A DNA stretch of 54,669 nt from an uncultured virus (IMG/VR IMGVR_UViG_3300042450_001219) (IMGVR_UViG_3300042450_001219), one strand, 5' to 3'; positions 1-9,951 are shown, numbered from the stretch's first letter. Program-made: numbers and translations. The notes: generated from the letters alone by a model not told the origin.

Positions 1-1
1 G

Positions 2-280
2 CCTTTCATGCGCTTGTGTTCCTTGTGCCATGTTTGCAACTGCAACAGCATCATTGTTATCAATAAATACTGCTCCTGAAAACGCCATGTACCAATATCT
101 TGGGCAAGTTCCATGACCATATCCAAGCGAGCTTGGGCTAAATGATTTCTTTGTCATTTCTCCATCAGCTCTTTTGGTATTCCTGTAGGACTCATCAAGC
201 ATTTCTGCAAAGCCTTCAGGGTCAAAGAACTTCCCTGTGTGCTTTTTAAACTTTAAGTTCTTTACTATATTTCTTCCCAT
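2..280 (-). CDS. Cas4-like / PD-(D/E)XK exonuclease, N-terminal part (runs off window start)
   Basis: Manual translation MGRNIVKN...SFSPSSLGYGHGTCPRYWY...MAQGTQAHER. The SPSS-x-CPR and GT-x-x-H motifs are typical of phage Cas4-like nucleases. ATG overlaps the upstream TAA (TAATG). Confidence 0.65.
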   Translation of the reverse strand, partial: MGRNIVKNLKFKKHTGKFFDPEGFAEMLDESYRNTKRADGEMTKKSFSPSSLGYGHGTCPRYWYMAFSGAVFIDNNDAVAVANMAQGTQAHER

Positions 281-618
281 TACAAATTATACCTAACGAC
301 ATACTTAAGTGCATCTACAAGTTTGTCTATGGACTCCTTTGCTGAGTAATATATATTCTTTTTATTATTGTTTGTTGTTCCAGCTTTATCTTTTGCTATT
401 GTTGAATAGTAAGAAGCCATCATGGCAAACTTAGTGGACATGGCCTGAAGCTCAATAATAAGTTGTGGTGCTTTAGCAGCAGGAACATCTGGGTTCAATA
501 AAAGCTTTACTATAACAGCCAATGCCCTATCTAATTGAGCATCATTCATGTACTCATGCAGATCATTGAACTCAGTTATAGAGTTTATTAACTCTAATGT
601 GTTTTTATCTTCTGTCAT
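280..618 (-). CDS. hypothetical protein (112 aa)
   Basis: ORF track; tightly packed between neighbours in the replication operon. Confidence 0.75.
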   Translation of the reverse strand: MTEDKNTLELINSITEFNDLHEYMNDAQLDRALAVIVKLLLNPDVPAAKAPQLIIELQAMSTKFAMMASYYSTIAKDKAGTTNNNKKNIYYSAKESIDKLVDALKYVVRYNL

Positions 619-709
619 TTTTAATCTTCTTGTCCCATTTATCCATTAAAAGTCCCATGCCGTAGCCGACCACAAAACCAATCATTGCTCCTAAAGTAAA
701 CATTATCAT
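605..709 (-). CDS. small membrane protein (34 aa)
   Basis: Manual translation MIMFTLGAMIGFVVGYGMGLLMDKWDKKIKNDRR; one hydrophobic segment plus basic tail; TAATG coupling to the upstream gene. Confidence 0.6.
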   Translation of the reverse strand: MIMFTLGAMIGFVVGYGMGLLMDKWDKKIKNDRR

Positions 710-864
710 TATATCAGCCTTTGAACAAGTCCGTACCCAAGCCAAAGCCCAAAGATACCCATAAGCCCAGAGAATACTGGCGGAGCTGGAATAGGAAGTT
801 TAAACAAACTAAATATTCCGCCCACTCCAATTCCTACTACTGTTGTAAGAATTATCTCTTTCAT
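709..864 (-). CDS. XapX / DUF1427-like small membrane protein (51 aa)
   Basis: Manual translation MKEIILTTVVGIGVGGIFSLFKLPIPAPPVFSGLMGIFGLWLGYGLVQRLI; LPIPAPP motif between two hydrophobic helices is the XapX signature; TAATG overlaps at both ends. Confidence 0.75.
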   Translation of the reverse strand: MKEIILTTVVGIGVGGIFSLFKLPIPAPPVFSGLMGIFGLWLGYGLVQRLI

Positions 865-1256
865 TAAAATGGAACCTCTGCATAAGTTTTATATGATGGG
901 AACTGATCATTATTTGGCGCCTTATCCTTAGATAAAGTATAAGCTGTTACAGAAATCGAATCAGCATTAATTTCATAAGATGTTCTATTTACGCCTTCTT
1001 TGTCTGTCCAGCTTTCTTCGTAAATCTTTCCTACAATAATAACTTCCATGCCCTTTTTAATTACAGACTTTGATTGCGCTGCAAGTGTGCGCCAAGCCTT
1101 GACTGTCCACCAAGAGGTGTTCTTGTCTTCCCACTCTCCAGTGGTGTCATTCTTAACGCGATCATTTGTTGCAACTCTAAAACGAAGACCATTTGATCCT
1201 ACAGTTTCTGGTTCGCTACCAACTCTGCCTACGATTGTAATCATTGGATTAGCCAT
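864..1256 (-). CDS. ssb: single-stranded DNA-binding protein (bacterial type)
   Basis: ITIVGRVGSEPE, FRVATNDR, WWTVKAWR, KGMEVIIVGK OB-fold motifs; C-terminal VPF. Start placed at MANP (1256) rather than the track's 1280. Confidence 0.9.
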   Translation of the reverse strand: MANPMITIVGRVGSEPETVGSNGLRFRVATNDRVKNDTTGEWEDKNTSWWTVKAWRTLAAQSKSVIKKGMEVIIVGKIYEESWTDKEGVNRTSYEINADSISVTAYTLSKDKAPNNDQFPSYKTYAEVPF

Positions 1257-1557
1257 TTTTATTTTCCTCCCAAAATGCAATCAGCTCTTCTAGAACTGAC
1301 CACTCTATGATTCCAAGACGAACCTTGGAATCCTCACCGATAATAATTTTAAGTGCTGGATGCATATCCCTGCTTACCTTAAAAGTATCTGTACATATTT
1401 TAGCCCATACATCTTTATTTAAATTAAATGATGATTTAGACTCTTTGTAATCTACTACAAAGCTTTTCCATTTTGCATCACCTTTTTGATAAGCGCCTCT
1501 ACCGCTATTCTTTTGTGCTTTAGCGCCATCTCTTTTTACTTCTGCTCTTTCTGACAT
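1249..1557 (-). CDS. Holliday junction resolvase-like PD-(D/E)XK nuclease
   Basis: E...NSGRG...KGD...VVDYKES pattern; position beside RecA. Confidence 0.65.
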   Translation of the reverse strand: MSERAEVKRDGAKAQKNSGRGAYQKGDAKWKSFVVDYKESKSSFNLNKDVWAKICTDTFKVSRDMHPALKIIIGEDSKVRLGIIEWSVLEELIAFWEENKNG

Positions 1558-1751
1558 CAGTTTAGCTTGTACCTTGTTTCATGCCCATCTGGACATTTCC
1601 AATACATTTCTAAAGTTACCTGATTAAAATTATAAAACGGAGAAGACAGTTTGCATTTACTGCATGGTCTTTCCTGATCTATTCTTTCAACTCGGCCATC
1701 CTGAATGTCTTCTGGTTTAGAAGTAAAAAACTCATTAATTTTTGGCATCAA
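1557..1751 (-). CDS. small zinc-ribbon protein
   Basis: CSKC ... CPDGH ligand pattern. Confidence 0.65.
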   Translation of the reverse strand: MMPKINEFFTSKPEDIQDGRVERIDQERPCSKCKLSSPFYNFNQVTLEMYWKCPDGHETRYKLN

Positions 1752-2739
1752 TTTCTTTCCTTATGTCTTCAAGTACTTCTTTGTTGTCACGCAGATATTG
1801 AACAGCCTTTGCACGTCCCTGAATTCTTTCTTTATTAATAGTATACCAAGCTCCGCCTTTTTCAATAGCTCCGCACATCTCTGCAACGTCTAACGTTTCT
1901 CCAACGTAATCTATACCAAGAGCTTCCCCTTGGTAGTAAAAGTCGTATTGTCCTGATAAATTTGGGGGGCCCACCTTGTTGTAATCAACAATCCAGTTAA
2001 CTGGCCTGCCAACTCTTTGTTCAATAATTTTGTCACCAACTTTAATGCCAGCCTTAATAGCATTAGCCTCAGCTTCTGAGGACCAAAGCTTAACGACGGT
2101 TGAAGAGAAGAACTTAACTGCCATGCCACCTGTTGGGATGTGACTAGCATGCATAGATCCAAACTGATTTCGTTGTTGCGAGATGAGAACAAGTAATGTG
2201 TCTTTGTTTGCATAATTTAACATCTTGACTGCGTGAGTCATATCCTTTGCTTCTGCGCCGATTTGCTTGGTGTCTTGCAAATCCTTCATTTCATTTCCGT
2301 CTTTTTCAAAATAGATTGCTGGAAGCAGTGCTGAAATAGAATCAACCACTATTAGGTCTACTCCTGCTTCCATAAGCTTTGTTGCAACATCAACCATGTC
2401 GTTAATAGTTTTAGCTGGTGAGTATATTAACTCTTTTGAATTAACACCAAGTTTCTCTGCCCATTGAGGATCATAAGAGTGCTCAGCATCTATCCAAGCA
2501 CAAGTCTTTCCTTCTTTTTGAGCGAGGGCTATCATCTGTAAACAAAAAGAAGATTTTCCTGCAGACTTATTACCCCACACAAGTATCTGCCTACCGTAAG
2601 CAAACCCACCATTTAATGCAAGGTTTAGTCCTATGCTTGGTGTTGGCTGTTTATGTATTTGGATATCGACAGCCGATTGAACTCTGGCTCTTGTTTTAGG
2701 ATCTAGCTTTGCTAAGATATCATCTAATTGAATGTCCAT
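1735..2739 (-). CDS. recA: RecA-family recombinase
   Basis: Walker A GNKSAGKS, WIDAEH, IVVDSISAL Walker B, PTGGMAVKF, KGGAWY, QGRAKA. Confidence 0.95.
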   Translation of the reverse strand: MDIQLDDILAKLDPKTRARVQSAVDIQIHKQPTPSIGLNLALNGGFAYGRQILVWGNKSAGKSSFCLQMIALAQKEGKTCAWIDAEHSYDPQWAEKLGVNSKELIYSPAKTINDMVDVATKLMEAGVDLIVVDSISALLPAIYFEKDGNEMKDLQDTKQIGAEAKDMTHAVKMLNYANKDTLLVLISQQRNQFGSMHASHIPTGGMAVKFFSSTVVKLWSSEAEANAIKAGIKVGDKIIEQRVGRPVNWIVDYNKVGPPNLSGQYDFYYQGEALGIDYVGETLDVAEMCGAIEKGGAWYTINKERIQGRAKAVQYLRDNKEVLEDIRKEIDAKN

Positions 2740-2744
2740 GCTAA

Positions 2745-2969
2745 TTAATTATTAGCCAGTTCTTCATCAGAATCAGTAGGCTTTGCCTCTAACTTAAACT
2801 CAAATGATAGGGACTGATCATTATAAGAAACTGAAAGCTGAGTGTCTTCACCATTAGACTTAATGAAATCCTCTGTTGGTATCTCAATTGATCCAATTTT
2901 ATTTAGAATTGCAACTAGCACTCTAGATGCGTTCATTGTCTTAAAAATATCTTCTGTATTATCTGTCAT
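2745..2969 (-). CDS. hypothetical protein (74 aa)
   Basis: ORF track; ATGA overlap with the dnaE stop. Confidence 0.7.
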   Translation of the reverse strand: MTDNTEDIFKTMNASRVLVAILNKIGSIEIPTEDFIKSNGEDTQLSVSYNDQSLSFEFKLEAKPTDSDEELANN

Positions 2970-5900
2970 TTTACTTCCTTAACCATAAGTGTTCCATCTT
3001 CTAAAGTTTTTAGAACTGGTTCGCATATCATTCCTTCTCGCATTTTTGCCAACGATAATGGGTACATGCTTGAGAATACAATTGCTCTATTTAGATTCTT
3101 ATCTTTATCTGACAGAACCAGGTGTGCCATAGTCTTGCCAGCTTTTGTTTTGTATGGTGTATAGCTTATCACAAACCTTTGATTTTCGTCAATAGGATAA
3201 GACTGTGCATACAGGTATTTAACAAAAGCATCTTCAGAGTCTTTATTAATTAAATCAACCTCTACATATCTAGATATTCTATTGTCACCAACAAGAACAA
3301 AATACATTTTGTTTGTTTCTATTTTTGTTTGTTCTATATCAAACAAACCAACCGATCCGCTTTCGTCAACAAGTTCGATTCTTGACCAGCCAGATCCACG
3401 CTTTATTGCCTTAGCCATTCCGAACATAACAAATGATCCGAGCTCTTCAAATTCATCAATTGGTCTTGCTTGAGCTTTAATTTTTGGATCTAGGCTAGAT
3501 AGATTAAATGATGGTATACCTAAAAATTCGTAATAAGACTCGGCTTCTTTACCGCTTCTAGGGTTATCATCAAAAGCAGCACCGCCAATAGCGTTAAGAG
3601 AAGAAATGGCCCTAGAATTAATGCCACTGCCCTTTTTGGATGCTTTATCAACAAAGTCTTTATAGTTTTCATAGGGTCTCTTTTCAATAATTTTATTTGC
3701 AATACTGTCTGAAATAAATTTAATCTCTGCCAATCCAAATCTAATTGAATCTTTTTGCAACGAGAAGTTTACATCAGATTCATTTACATGGGGAAGCTTT
3801 ACTTTAATCCCAAGTCTTTTTGCTTCAATCAAATAACCTGTTCTGGCGTCTTTGTCGCCTTCGTTTTTGAGGATCGAGAATAAAAATTCCAAAGGATAAT
3901 AGCACTTAAGCCAAGCGGTATAATAAGAAAGCATAGAATAAGCGACAGCGTGACTACGATTGAATGAGTATCCAGCGTGAGCTTCGAATGTTTTCCAGAG
4001 GTTGTCGGCTTCTTCTGCGCTGATATGCTTTTTAGCGCCTTGAATAAATTTATCTTTGAATGGACCAAGTTCTTTTGCATCTTGCTTTTTACCAATAACC
4101 TTTCTAACTTTGTCAGCCTCTGACCAAGTCATTCCTCCTAGGTGTACGCATGCTTGCATAACCTGTTCTTGATAAATAATAACTCCATATGTATTTTCTG
4201 TAAACGGCTTCATGATTGGATGAATATAATTTACCGCTTCATTACCATGCTTACGCTTAATGTAAGAAGCTCCAACTGTATTCATAGCTCCTGGTCTAAC
4301 CAAAGCATTTGATGCAGCCAAGTCTTCAAACTTATCGACACGCATCTTTATGAGTAGGTTGGTGTATGGAGTTGCTTCCGCTTGGAATATACCCTTTGTG
4401 TAACCATCATTAAAAATCTTGTATACATTCTCATCATCTAAAGCAATATCGTAAAGATTTATATCTTTATTGTATCTATCTTTAATTGACTTTAATGTAT
4501 CAGAGATCACAGATAAAGTCTTAAGACCTAGGGCATCTAGCTTAATAAGACCTATATCTGCAACCGTATCCATATCGTATGCCACGACTGGAATTCTTCC
4601 AGATACATCGTCATTCGCGTCTGCTCTGGATTCTATTGGTGCATACTTTCTTAAATCATCTTTTGCAACCACAACACCAGCAGCATGAACTCCAACACTT
4701 CGAATCTTTCCACGAAGTTTTTCTGCAAGCCAAGTTACCTCTGGATACTTTGCTCTAAATTCTTTTGTATTAGGAGAATCCATAAAGTCTTCGAAGGTGT
4801 CAATTGATTTCATTGCACGATTAACATCAGATAGGGGTACCATAAACACACGGGCAGCATCTCTAATTACACCCTTATCTTTAAAGTAGGTGTATGTGGA
4901 AATAGAAGCAACGTGCTTAAACTTCTTCTTTAAATAATCTTTAACTTCTTTACGGCGACGGTCTTCAAAGTCGGTATCAATATCTGGAAAGTCATTACGC
5001 TCAGGATTAATAAATCGGAAGAACAATAAGTCATACTTAATTGGATCTACATCTGTAATACCAAGAGCGTAGCAAACCAATGAGCCAGCTGCAGAACCAC
5101 GACCTGGACCAACCATAATATTATTTGACTTAGCCCATGTAATCATATCTGCTACAACTAGGAAATATGAAGCAAATGCCTTATCTTTAATTATAGATAA
5201 CTCTTCTGCAATTCTATCCAAGTAGACCTGATCTTTGTCCAGAGATAGTCTTTTAAGGCCTTCTAAGGCCATATCAGCCAGTTTCTTATCAGCATTGGTC
5301 TTTGGGATAGGCAGCAGATCTAGACCCTCATAGAAGTCATACTCGCCAATCTTATTAGCAATTTCCATTGTATTATCATATATATCTGTACGAGTAATAC
5401 CTGCCTTATTAAAGTCCGCCTCAATTTCAGACCTACTTTGAATAAATAGATTATAGTCTTGAAATGATATTCTACGGTCTGGGTATAAGTAATTAAATCT
5501 ATCCATCATGTCTGGCATTTGTCTAGACATTTCAAAGTCTGCATCTTTATCTGACTTAGGAGATGTTGATAGAATAAGCATTGCTTCTTCTAATACTCTA
5601 TCTTCTTCTTTAGCAAAGTGAGCATCTCCTGTTGCCACCGCCTTAATTCCTAACTCATCCGCTAATTCTAATAGGGTCGAGTTGATTTCATAGGGGTTAT
5701 GTGATTGGACTTCCACGTAGAAATCTTCCATAAAGATCTGTTTAAAATCTTGAAGTATAAGCTTGGCTTCTGATAGTTCGCCCTTTTCGATGCATTTACT
5801 AATAAGTCCATTAAGACATCCACTAAGTACAATAATGCCTTCCGCATATTCTTTTAAAACCTCTCTGTCAATTCTTGGCTTGTGATAAAACCCTTCTGTC

Positions 5901-6235
5901 CAAGCAAGCTCTTGGAGGGTATTAACATTTTCTAATCCCTTTTTGTTTTTAGCAAGTAGAATGATATGGTTATAGGCCTGAATTGATTTATCAGTCTTAG
6001 AAGATCTATCAAATCTATCTGTTGGGGAAATGTATGCTTCTACTCCAAGGATCGGCTTGATTCCTTGCTCTTTACATGCAATTTGCATTTCACGGTGTGA
6101 AGATAATGTTCCGTGGTCAGTAATAGCCAGAGAAGTCTGACCAGCTTCTTTCGCAGCCTTTACAAGTTCGGCAGGAGAATTAAGCCCATCCATTAATGAA
6201 TAGAAAGAATGCACATGCAAATGTGTGAAGTTCAA
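2966..6235 (-). CDS. dnaE: DNA polymerase III alpha subunit (PHP + Pol-C family catalytic + HhH + OB)
   Basis: HLHVHSFYSLMDG, AITDHG, GPGRGSAAGSLV, FPDIDTDF, HAAGVV, KLDALGL, YSFNRSHAVAY. No intein-sized insertion. Confidence 0.97.
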   Translation of the reverse strand: MNFTHLHVHSFYSLMDGLNSPAELVKAAKEAGQTSLAITDHGTLSSHREMQIACKEQGIKPILGVEAYISPTDRFDRSSKTDKSIQAYNHIILLAKNKKGLENVNTLQELAWTEGFYHKPRIDREVLKEYAEGIIVLSGCLNGLISKCIEKGELSEAKLILQDFKQIFMEDFYVEVQSHNPYEINSTLLELADELGIKAVATGDAHFAKEEDRVLEEAMLILSTSPKSDKDADFEMSRQMPDMMDRFNYLYPDRRISFQDYNLFIQSRSEIEADFNKAGITRTDIYDNTMEIANKIGEYDFYEGLDLLPIPKTNADKKLADMALEGLKRLSLDKDQVYLDRIAEELSIIKDKAFASYFLVVADMITWAKSNNIMVGPGRGSAAGSLVCYALGITDVDPIKYDLLFFRFINPERNDFPDIDTDFEDRRRKEVKDYLKKKFKHVASISTYTYFKDKGVIRDAARVFMVPLSDVNRAMKSIDTFEDFMDSPNTKEFRAKYPEVTWLAEKLRGKIRSVGVHAAGVVVAKDDLRKYAPIESRADANDDVSGRIPVVAYDMDTVADIGLIKLDALGLKTLSVISDTLKSIKDRYNKDINLYDIALDDENVYKIFNDGYTKGIFQAEATPYTNLLIKMRVDKFEDLAASNALVRPGAMNTVGASYIKRKHGNEAVNYIHPIMKPFTENTYGVIIYQEQVMQACVHLGGMTWSEADKVRKVIGKKQDAKELGPFKDKFIQGAKKHISAEEADNLWKTFEAHAGYSFNRSHAVAYSMLSYYTAWLKCYYPLEFLFSILKNEGDKDARTGYLIEAKRLGIKVKLPHVNESDVNFSLQKDSIRFGLAEIKFISDSIANKIIEKRPYENYKDFVDKASKKGSGINSRAISSLNAIGGAAFDDNPRSGKEAESYYEFLGIPSFNLSSLDPKIKAQARPIDEFEELGSFVMFGMAKAIKRGSGWSRIELVDESGSVGLFDIEQTKIETNKMYFVLVGDNRISRYVEVDLINKDSEDAFVKYLYAQSYPIDENQRFVISYTPYKTKAGKTMAHLVLSDKDKNLNRAIVFSSMYPLSLAKMREGMICEPVLKTLEDGTLMVKEVK

Positions 6236-6260
6236 CTTAATTCTCCGCCTATACTCTCTC

Positions 6261-6935
6261 TTACCAGTCTACGCTGCTACTTGTTGAAGATGATTCTCGT
6301 TCTTCTGGAGATGACTCACCAGTATAGAATGCTTCCTGCTCTGCGTATGGAACGCTACGCACTGCTGTCTTTTCTAAATCAAACAGCTCTACTGCAGAAA
6401 AATCAAACGGCTTTTCATCTTTAGCTAAAGGAATGATTGTGTAGCTTGTGTCTGTTTTAAGACCGCTACGCTTTACTCTCCACATTAGATTTGAGATGCT
6501 TCCCATTTCATTTGCGTATTCAATTAATGTTGGTGTAATTGTTTTTCCACTTACACCCTGAGAAAGAATAGCAACATATGGCTCAGTCTTTCCATCATCA
6601 ACTAGAACGTTAATGTAAAGGCGCTTTCTTGCACCCCACCCAGCTTTTGGATCTTTGCGATGTTGTTCTTGAGCCCAGTCACGGCCTTCGTCTTCCATTG
6701 TGTCTAGTGCCTTACGGCGATAATCTTTAGGGTTTGTGTGTTCAATTGCAAAAAATCCGCAACCCATTTTTTCATTATAGTTTGGTGAGTCTGGATCGAG
6801 CTCTTGTAGGAAGCGAATCTTTACTGCTTCTCCGTCTTCAATCTTTAACCACTTTGCCTTGCTATCTTCTGAACTAGTATATGTAACCTTGTCCATTGCT
6901 TTTGTCATTCCTGACAAACCTTTTACTATTCCCAT
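6261..6935 (-). CDS. phage ssDNA-binding / annealing protein (gp32-like)
   Basis: WLKIEDGEAVKIRFL, LYINVLV, KRSGLKTDTSYTIIP motifs; acidic Ser-rich tail ending DW; strong AAGGAG RBS; between primase and polymerase. Confidence 0.65.
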   Translation of the reverse strand: MGIVKGLSGMTKAMDKVTYTSSEDSKAKWLKIEDGEAVKIRFLQELDPDSPNYNEKMGCGFFAIEHTNPKDYRRKALDTMEDEGRDWAQEQHRKDPKAGWGARKRLYINVLVDDGKTEPYVAILSQGVSGKTITPTLIEYANEMGSISNLMWRVKRSGLKTDTSYTIIPLAKDEKPFDFSAVELFDLEKTAVRSVPYAEQEAFYTGESSPEERESSSTSSSVDW

Positions 6936-6992
6936 TTTATTCTCCTTATGTATGTAACGGTATATATCCGTTTGTAACCACTTATATTATTT

Positions 6993-7982
6993 TTATAGCC
7001 TGTATTCAAAATTAGATATGGCATTTGTTATACAGGCTTTAATGTCTTCATCTGACATATCACCTGCATCTTTTACACCCTCTGGATATATTCTACCATA
7101 AGAATGCGATGCCCACAAGATGTTTTTATTACTTAGTTTATAAGCAATAGCTGAGCCTAAGTCTCTTCCCGCCTTATCAGAATCCGTCATTATAATAACT
7201 GTATTAAAATATCTGTTTAGCAGTTTTAAATTGTCTCCAGATATATGACCTCCGAGTGTAGCAACTACATTTGGAAACCCAGCCTGATGCACACGGATTG
7301 CATCAAAACTGGACTCCACGACTATGACCTTGTCACCAATTTTTTTAGCACGATGAATATTAAACATTGTTTTGCTTCTTGGCAGGTCTTTACTATTCTT
7401 AAATCTTTTATCAGATATAGATCGGCCAACAACTCCAACTGGAGTTCCATCTGGACTATGAACTGGAACAGTTATCATGTCCATATTTTCAGAATAACCT
7501 AATGAAAAATATGCCATTGATTCTAAATCAATACCACGTGACCTTAAATACTCTTTTGCCTTATCGCTTTTAACCAATCCATTATATAAACTCTTTAATG
7601 TATCTTCTGAAAACTCTATAAAGTCTGGCTTATCTTCAAGCATATCCTTAAGGGACTCGTCAAAATGCTCTAGCGCTTCTGATTGTTTTGATTCAATAAA
7701 CCTTAAAGACTGAAACTCATTCTTGTTTAAAATCTTTTTTACAAGATCACTCAGTGTTCCAGATTCTCCGCAAGAGGGATTGAAGCATAGGTATGCTCCT
7801 TTTGTTTTGCTTATGCTAAAGCTTGATGTGTGTCTATTAGAATGAAATGGGCAGTACGCAAGGTAATCATTCGATGTTTCCCCCACCATATCTATCCCAA
7901 GGCTTTGTACTATTGACTTGATATGGGCAGGGGTGTACTCCGAGCTATCAACTTGCCTTGAGTTATACCCTCTAATTGCCAT
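6993..7982 (-). CDS. dnaG: DNA primase (CHC2 zinc finger + TOPRIM)
   Basis: CPFH...CFNPSC zinc finger, YLRSRGI, VVESSFDA, DSDKAG, KDAGD. Start placed at MAIRG (7982). Confidence 0.92.
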   Translation of the reverse strand: MAIRGYNSRQVDSSEYTPAHIKSIVQSLGIDMVGETSNDYLAYCPFHSNRHTSSFSISKTKGAYLCFNPSCGESGTLSDLVKKILNKNEFQSLRFIESKQSEALEHFDESLKDMLEDKPDFIEFSEDTLKSLYNGLVKSDKAKEYLRSRGIDLESMAYFSLGYSENMDMITVPVHSPDGTPVGVVGRSISDKRFKNSKDLPRSKTMFNIHRAKKIGDKVIVVESSFDAIRVHQAGFPNVVATLGGHISGDNLKLLNRYFNTVIIMTDSDKAGRDLGSAIAYKLSNKNILWASHSYGRIYPEGVKDAGDMSDEDIKACITNAISNFEYRL

Positions 7983-8209
7983 GCCTTCTTCTTTCCTACA
8001 TAGATTCCGTGGATAGTCATTAAGAACTTCCAAGTTTGTCCGTCAAATTCTACCGAAAAAGCTGGGTCTATGTCAAGCACCCTGGCATAACCAGAGTCTT
8101 TCATCTGACCAGTTAGTAGATCTTCGTACTGCTTTTTAATCCTAATCATATTAGAATCATCTAGAAACTCAACTTGTATTTGAAACCTTTTAATATTTTG
8201 ATGTGTCAC
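7910..8209 (-). CDS. hypothetical protein (99 aa)
   Basis: ORF track; GTGA overlap with the helicase stop. Confidence 0.7.
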   Translation of the reverse strand: MTHQNIKRFQIQVEFLDDSNMIRIKKQYEDLLTGQMKDSGYARVLDIDPAFSVEFDGQTWKFLMTIHGIYVGKKKAWQLEGITQGKLIARSTPLPISSQ

Positions 8210-9441
8210 TTGCTCAACTCTGGAAGGTCTTCATAGATTGGAGTGATAACTCCTCTATTTATATCCCAGTCAAGGAAGAATCTAAAGTCATGTCCATGCC
8301 TGTTTTTTCTAGATACAACCTCAATCAAATCTGTATTAGCATGCTTGTGAATAGCAATAGCCATGTCAGCATCATACTCAATAGCCTTTGACCATGCAAC
8401 TTGACTCATCATTGGTGGCTCTTTTTGATCTGAAATATCATCTGCAGTTGCTGCAGTAATATCAATGATTGGGATTCCGTTTGTAACTGCAAGCAGCTTA
8501 AAGTCTCTTGAGATATTTCTATTTCGCTCAACTTCAGAATTGCTTCGCTTGTTATCATTAAACAATTGATGATAGTCGAGAATTACAAGATCTGGTTTAT
8601 GCTGATCAATCTTACCTTGAATAGTTGCTGGTGTTACTTCTCCAGCACCTTCATTAGAAACAAGAATAAAACTATTCTTTCCTTCAGTCTTCTTCTTGCC
8701 CCATGTTTTAAAATCATCAATATTAATATCACCTTTTGAAAGATCACTTGCTCTAAACAATCCAGAACCTAGCATTGTATAAATTCTATCTCGCATATTC
8801 TCTGGTGCCATTTCAAGAGAAACAATCATAGGCTTAAAGCCTTGCTCCCACGCCTTGCATGCCAAGTAAGATGTAAACCATGTCTTACCACGTCCTGGCC
8901 ATCCAATAGCGACGATAAGGTGACCTGGAGCCATTCCTGTTGGGTAAGCTTTATCAATTGCCTCAAATCCAGTTAGGATTCCTGGGCTACCGCCCATTGC
9001 CAATGATCGAGTTCTTACTGACTCATAGTGTCTTTCTGCTGAATCTAAATCTGTTATGTCTAAATCTTTTACGTTATTTGTATATCTACTTAAGTTTGCT
9101 AACTGTGACTGCATTGTACCTAACACTCTAGAAGGGGCATCCTCTTTCAAAGATGATCCTGCCTGCAAAAGAATACCCTTAAGCTTGTTCCCAACAAATT
9201 CATTTTTAAGTTTGTCTAAATAGTATCCAGTCTCTCCTTTAGTTTCAACTGGCTCAAAGTCTTTAAACTTATCCTGCAAAATTCCAGCCTCTGGAACTGC
9301 CCTAAACTTATAATAGTATGACTTGAGACCTTCCCAGATATCTTTATGAGATACAAATAGGTCGTCTGAATTATCTGCAAGAATGGTGCTTATGTCTTTG
9401 TTTTTACAAACTGCTGAAATTAGTTCTGCTTCTGTATTCAC
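8206..9441 (-). CDS. dnaB: replicative DnaB-like (SF4) helicase
   Basis: GWPGRGKT Walker A, SLEM, VILDYHQL Walker B, AIEYDAD, KNRHG. Confidence 0.93.
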   Translation of the reverse strand: MNTEAELISAVCKNKDISTILADNSDDLFVSHKDIWEGLKSYYYKFRAVPEAGILQDKFKDFEPVETKGETGYYLDKLKNEFVGNKLKGILLQAGSSLKEDAPSRVLGTMQSQLANLSRYTNNVKDLDITDLDSAERHYESVRTRSLAMGGSPGILTGFEAIDKAYPTGMAPGHLIVAIGWPGRGKTWFTSYLACKAWEQGFKPMIVSLEMAPENMRDRIYTMLGSGLFRASDLSKGDINIDDFKTWGKKKTEGKNSFILVSNEGAGEVTPATIQGKIDQHKPDLVILDYHQLFNDNKRSNSEVERNRNISRDFKLLAVTNGIPIIDITAATADDISDQKEPPMMSQVAWSKAIEYDADMAIAIHKHANTDLIEVVSRKNRHGHDFRFFLDWDINRGVITPIYEDLPELSK

Positions 9442-9755
9442 TAATTATCCTCAACCATTCTTTTAGTTTCTTGCAACAGACGGCTTCTGTTAACTTTATC
9501 TTCTTTAATTTGAATCATCATGTCTTCTATTCTGTCAAAATTATTGTAAAAGAAATTAAGTGGGTGTCTATTCTTTCCAGTCTTAAAATAATATTCTAAA
9601 ACATCTCTAGATCTATCAAACCCTATGCTATCAATTACATCCTGCATAGCCCACTTCTCTTTATATCTATTAATTGTTGGCTTTGTATTGTACAGGCCTT
9701 CGTATAAGTTTGAATATAAAGATAAGAGGATGTAGGGTTCTTTATTTACTGCCAC
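9441..9755 (-). CDS. hypothetical protein (104 aa), possible helicase accessory
   Basis: ORF track; coupled to the helicase start. Function is positional inference only. Confidence 0.7.
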   Translation of the reverse strand: MAVNKEPYILLSLYSNLYEGLYNTKPTINRYKEKWAMQDVIDSIGFDRSRDVLEYYFKTGKNRHPLNFFYNNFDRIEDMMIQIKEDKVNRSRLLQETKRMVEDN

Positions 9756-9951
9756 GCAATTCCTCTTCTACTTCTTGTGTCTTTTGAATAAGCTTGTCTT
9801 CAACAAACTTATAGACTCTGTCTGCTGCAGCATCTACTGTCTCGCCGTCTCGAACAAAGTCGTCAACGCCAATACCAATCTTAATGCTTTCAAAGTTGCC
9901 TAGGTTGCGTGTAAAAGATAAATCAACTCTAACCTGAGTTCCTTTTTCCAT
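9742..9951 (-). CDS. hypothetical phage protein (69 aa)
   Basis: TRNLGNFESIKI motif; RBS-like GGAG upstream. Confidence 0.75.
   Translation of the reverse strand: MEKGTQVRVDLSFTRNLGNFESIKIGIGVDDFVRDGETVDAAADRVYKFVEDKLIQKTQEVEEELRGSK

Noticed and set aside
2966..6235. Intein or intron in dnaE (also checked recA and dnaB)
   Set aside because: Lengths are normal and no intein or homing-endonuclease motifs were seen.
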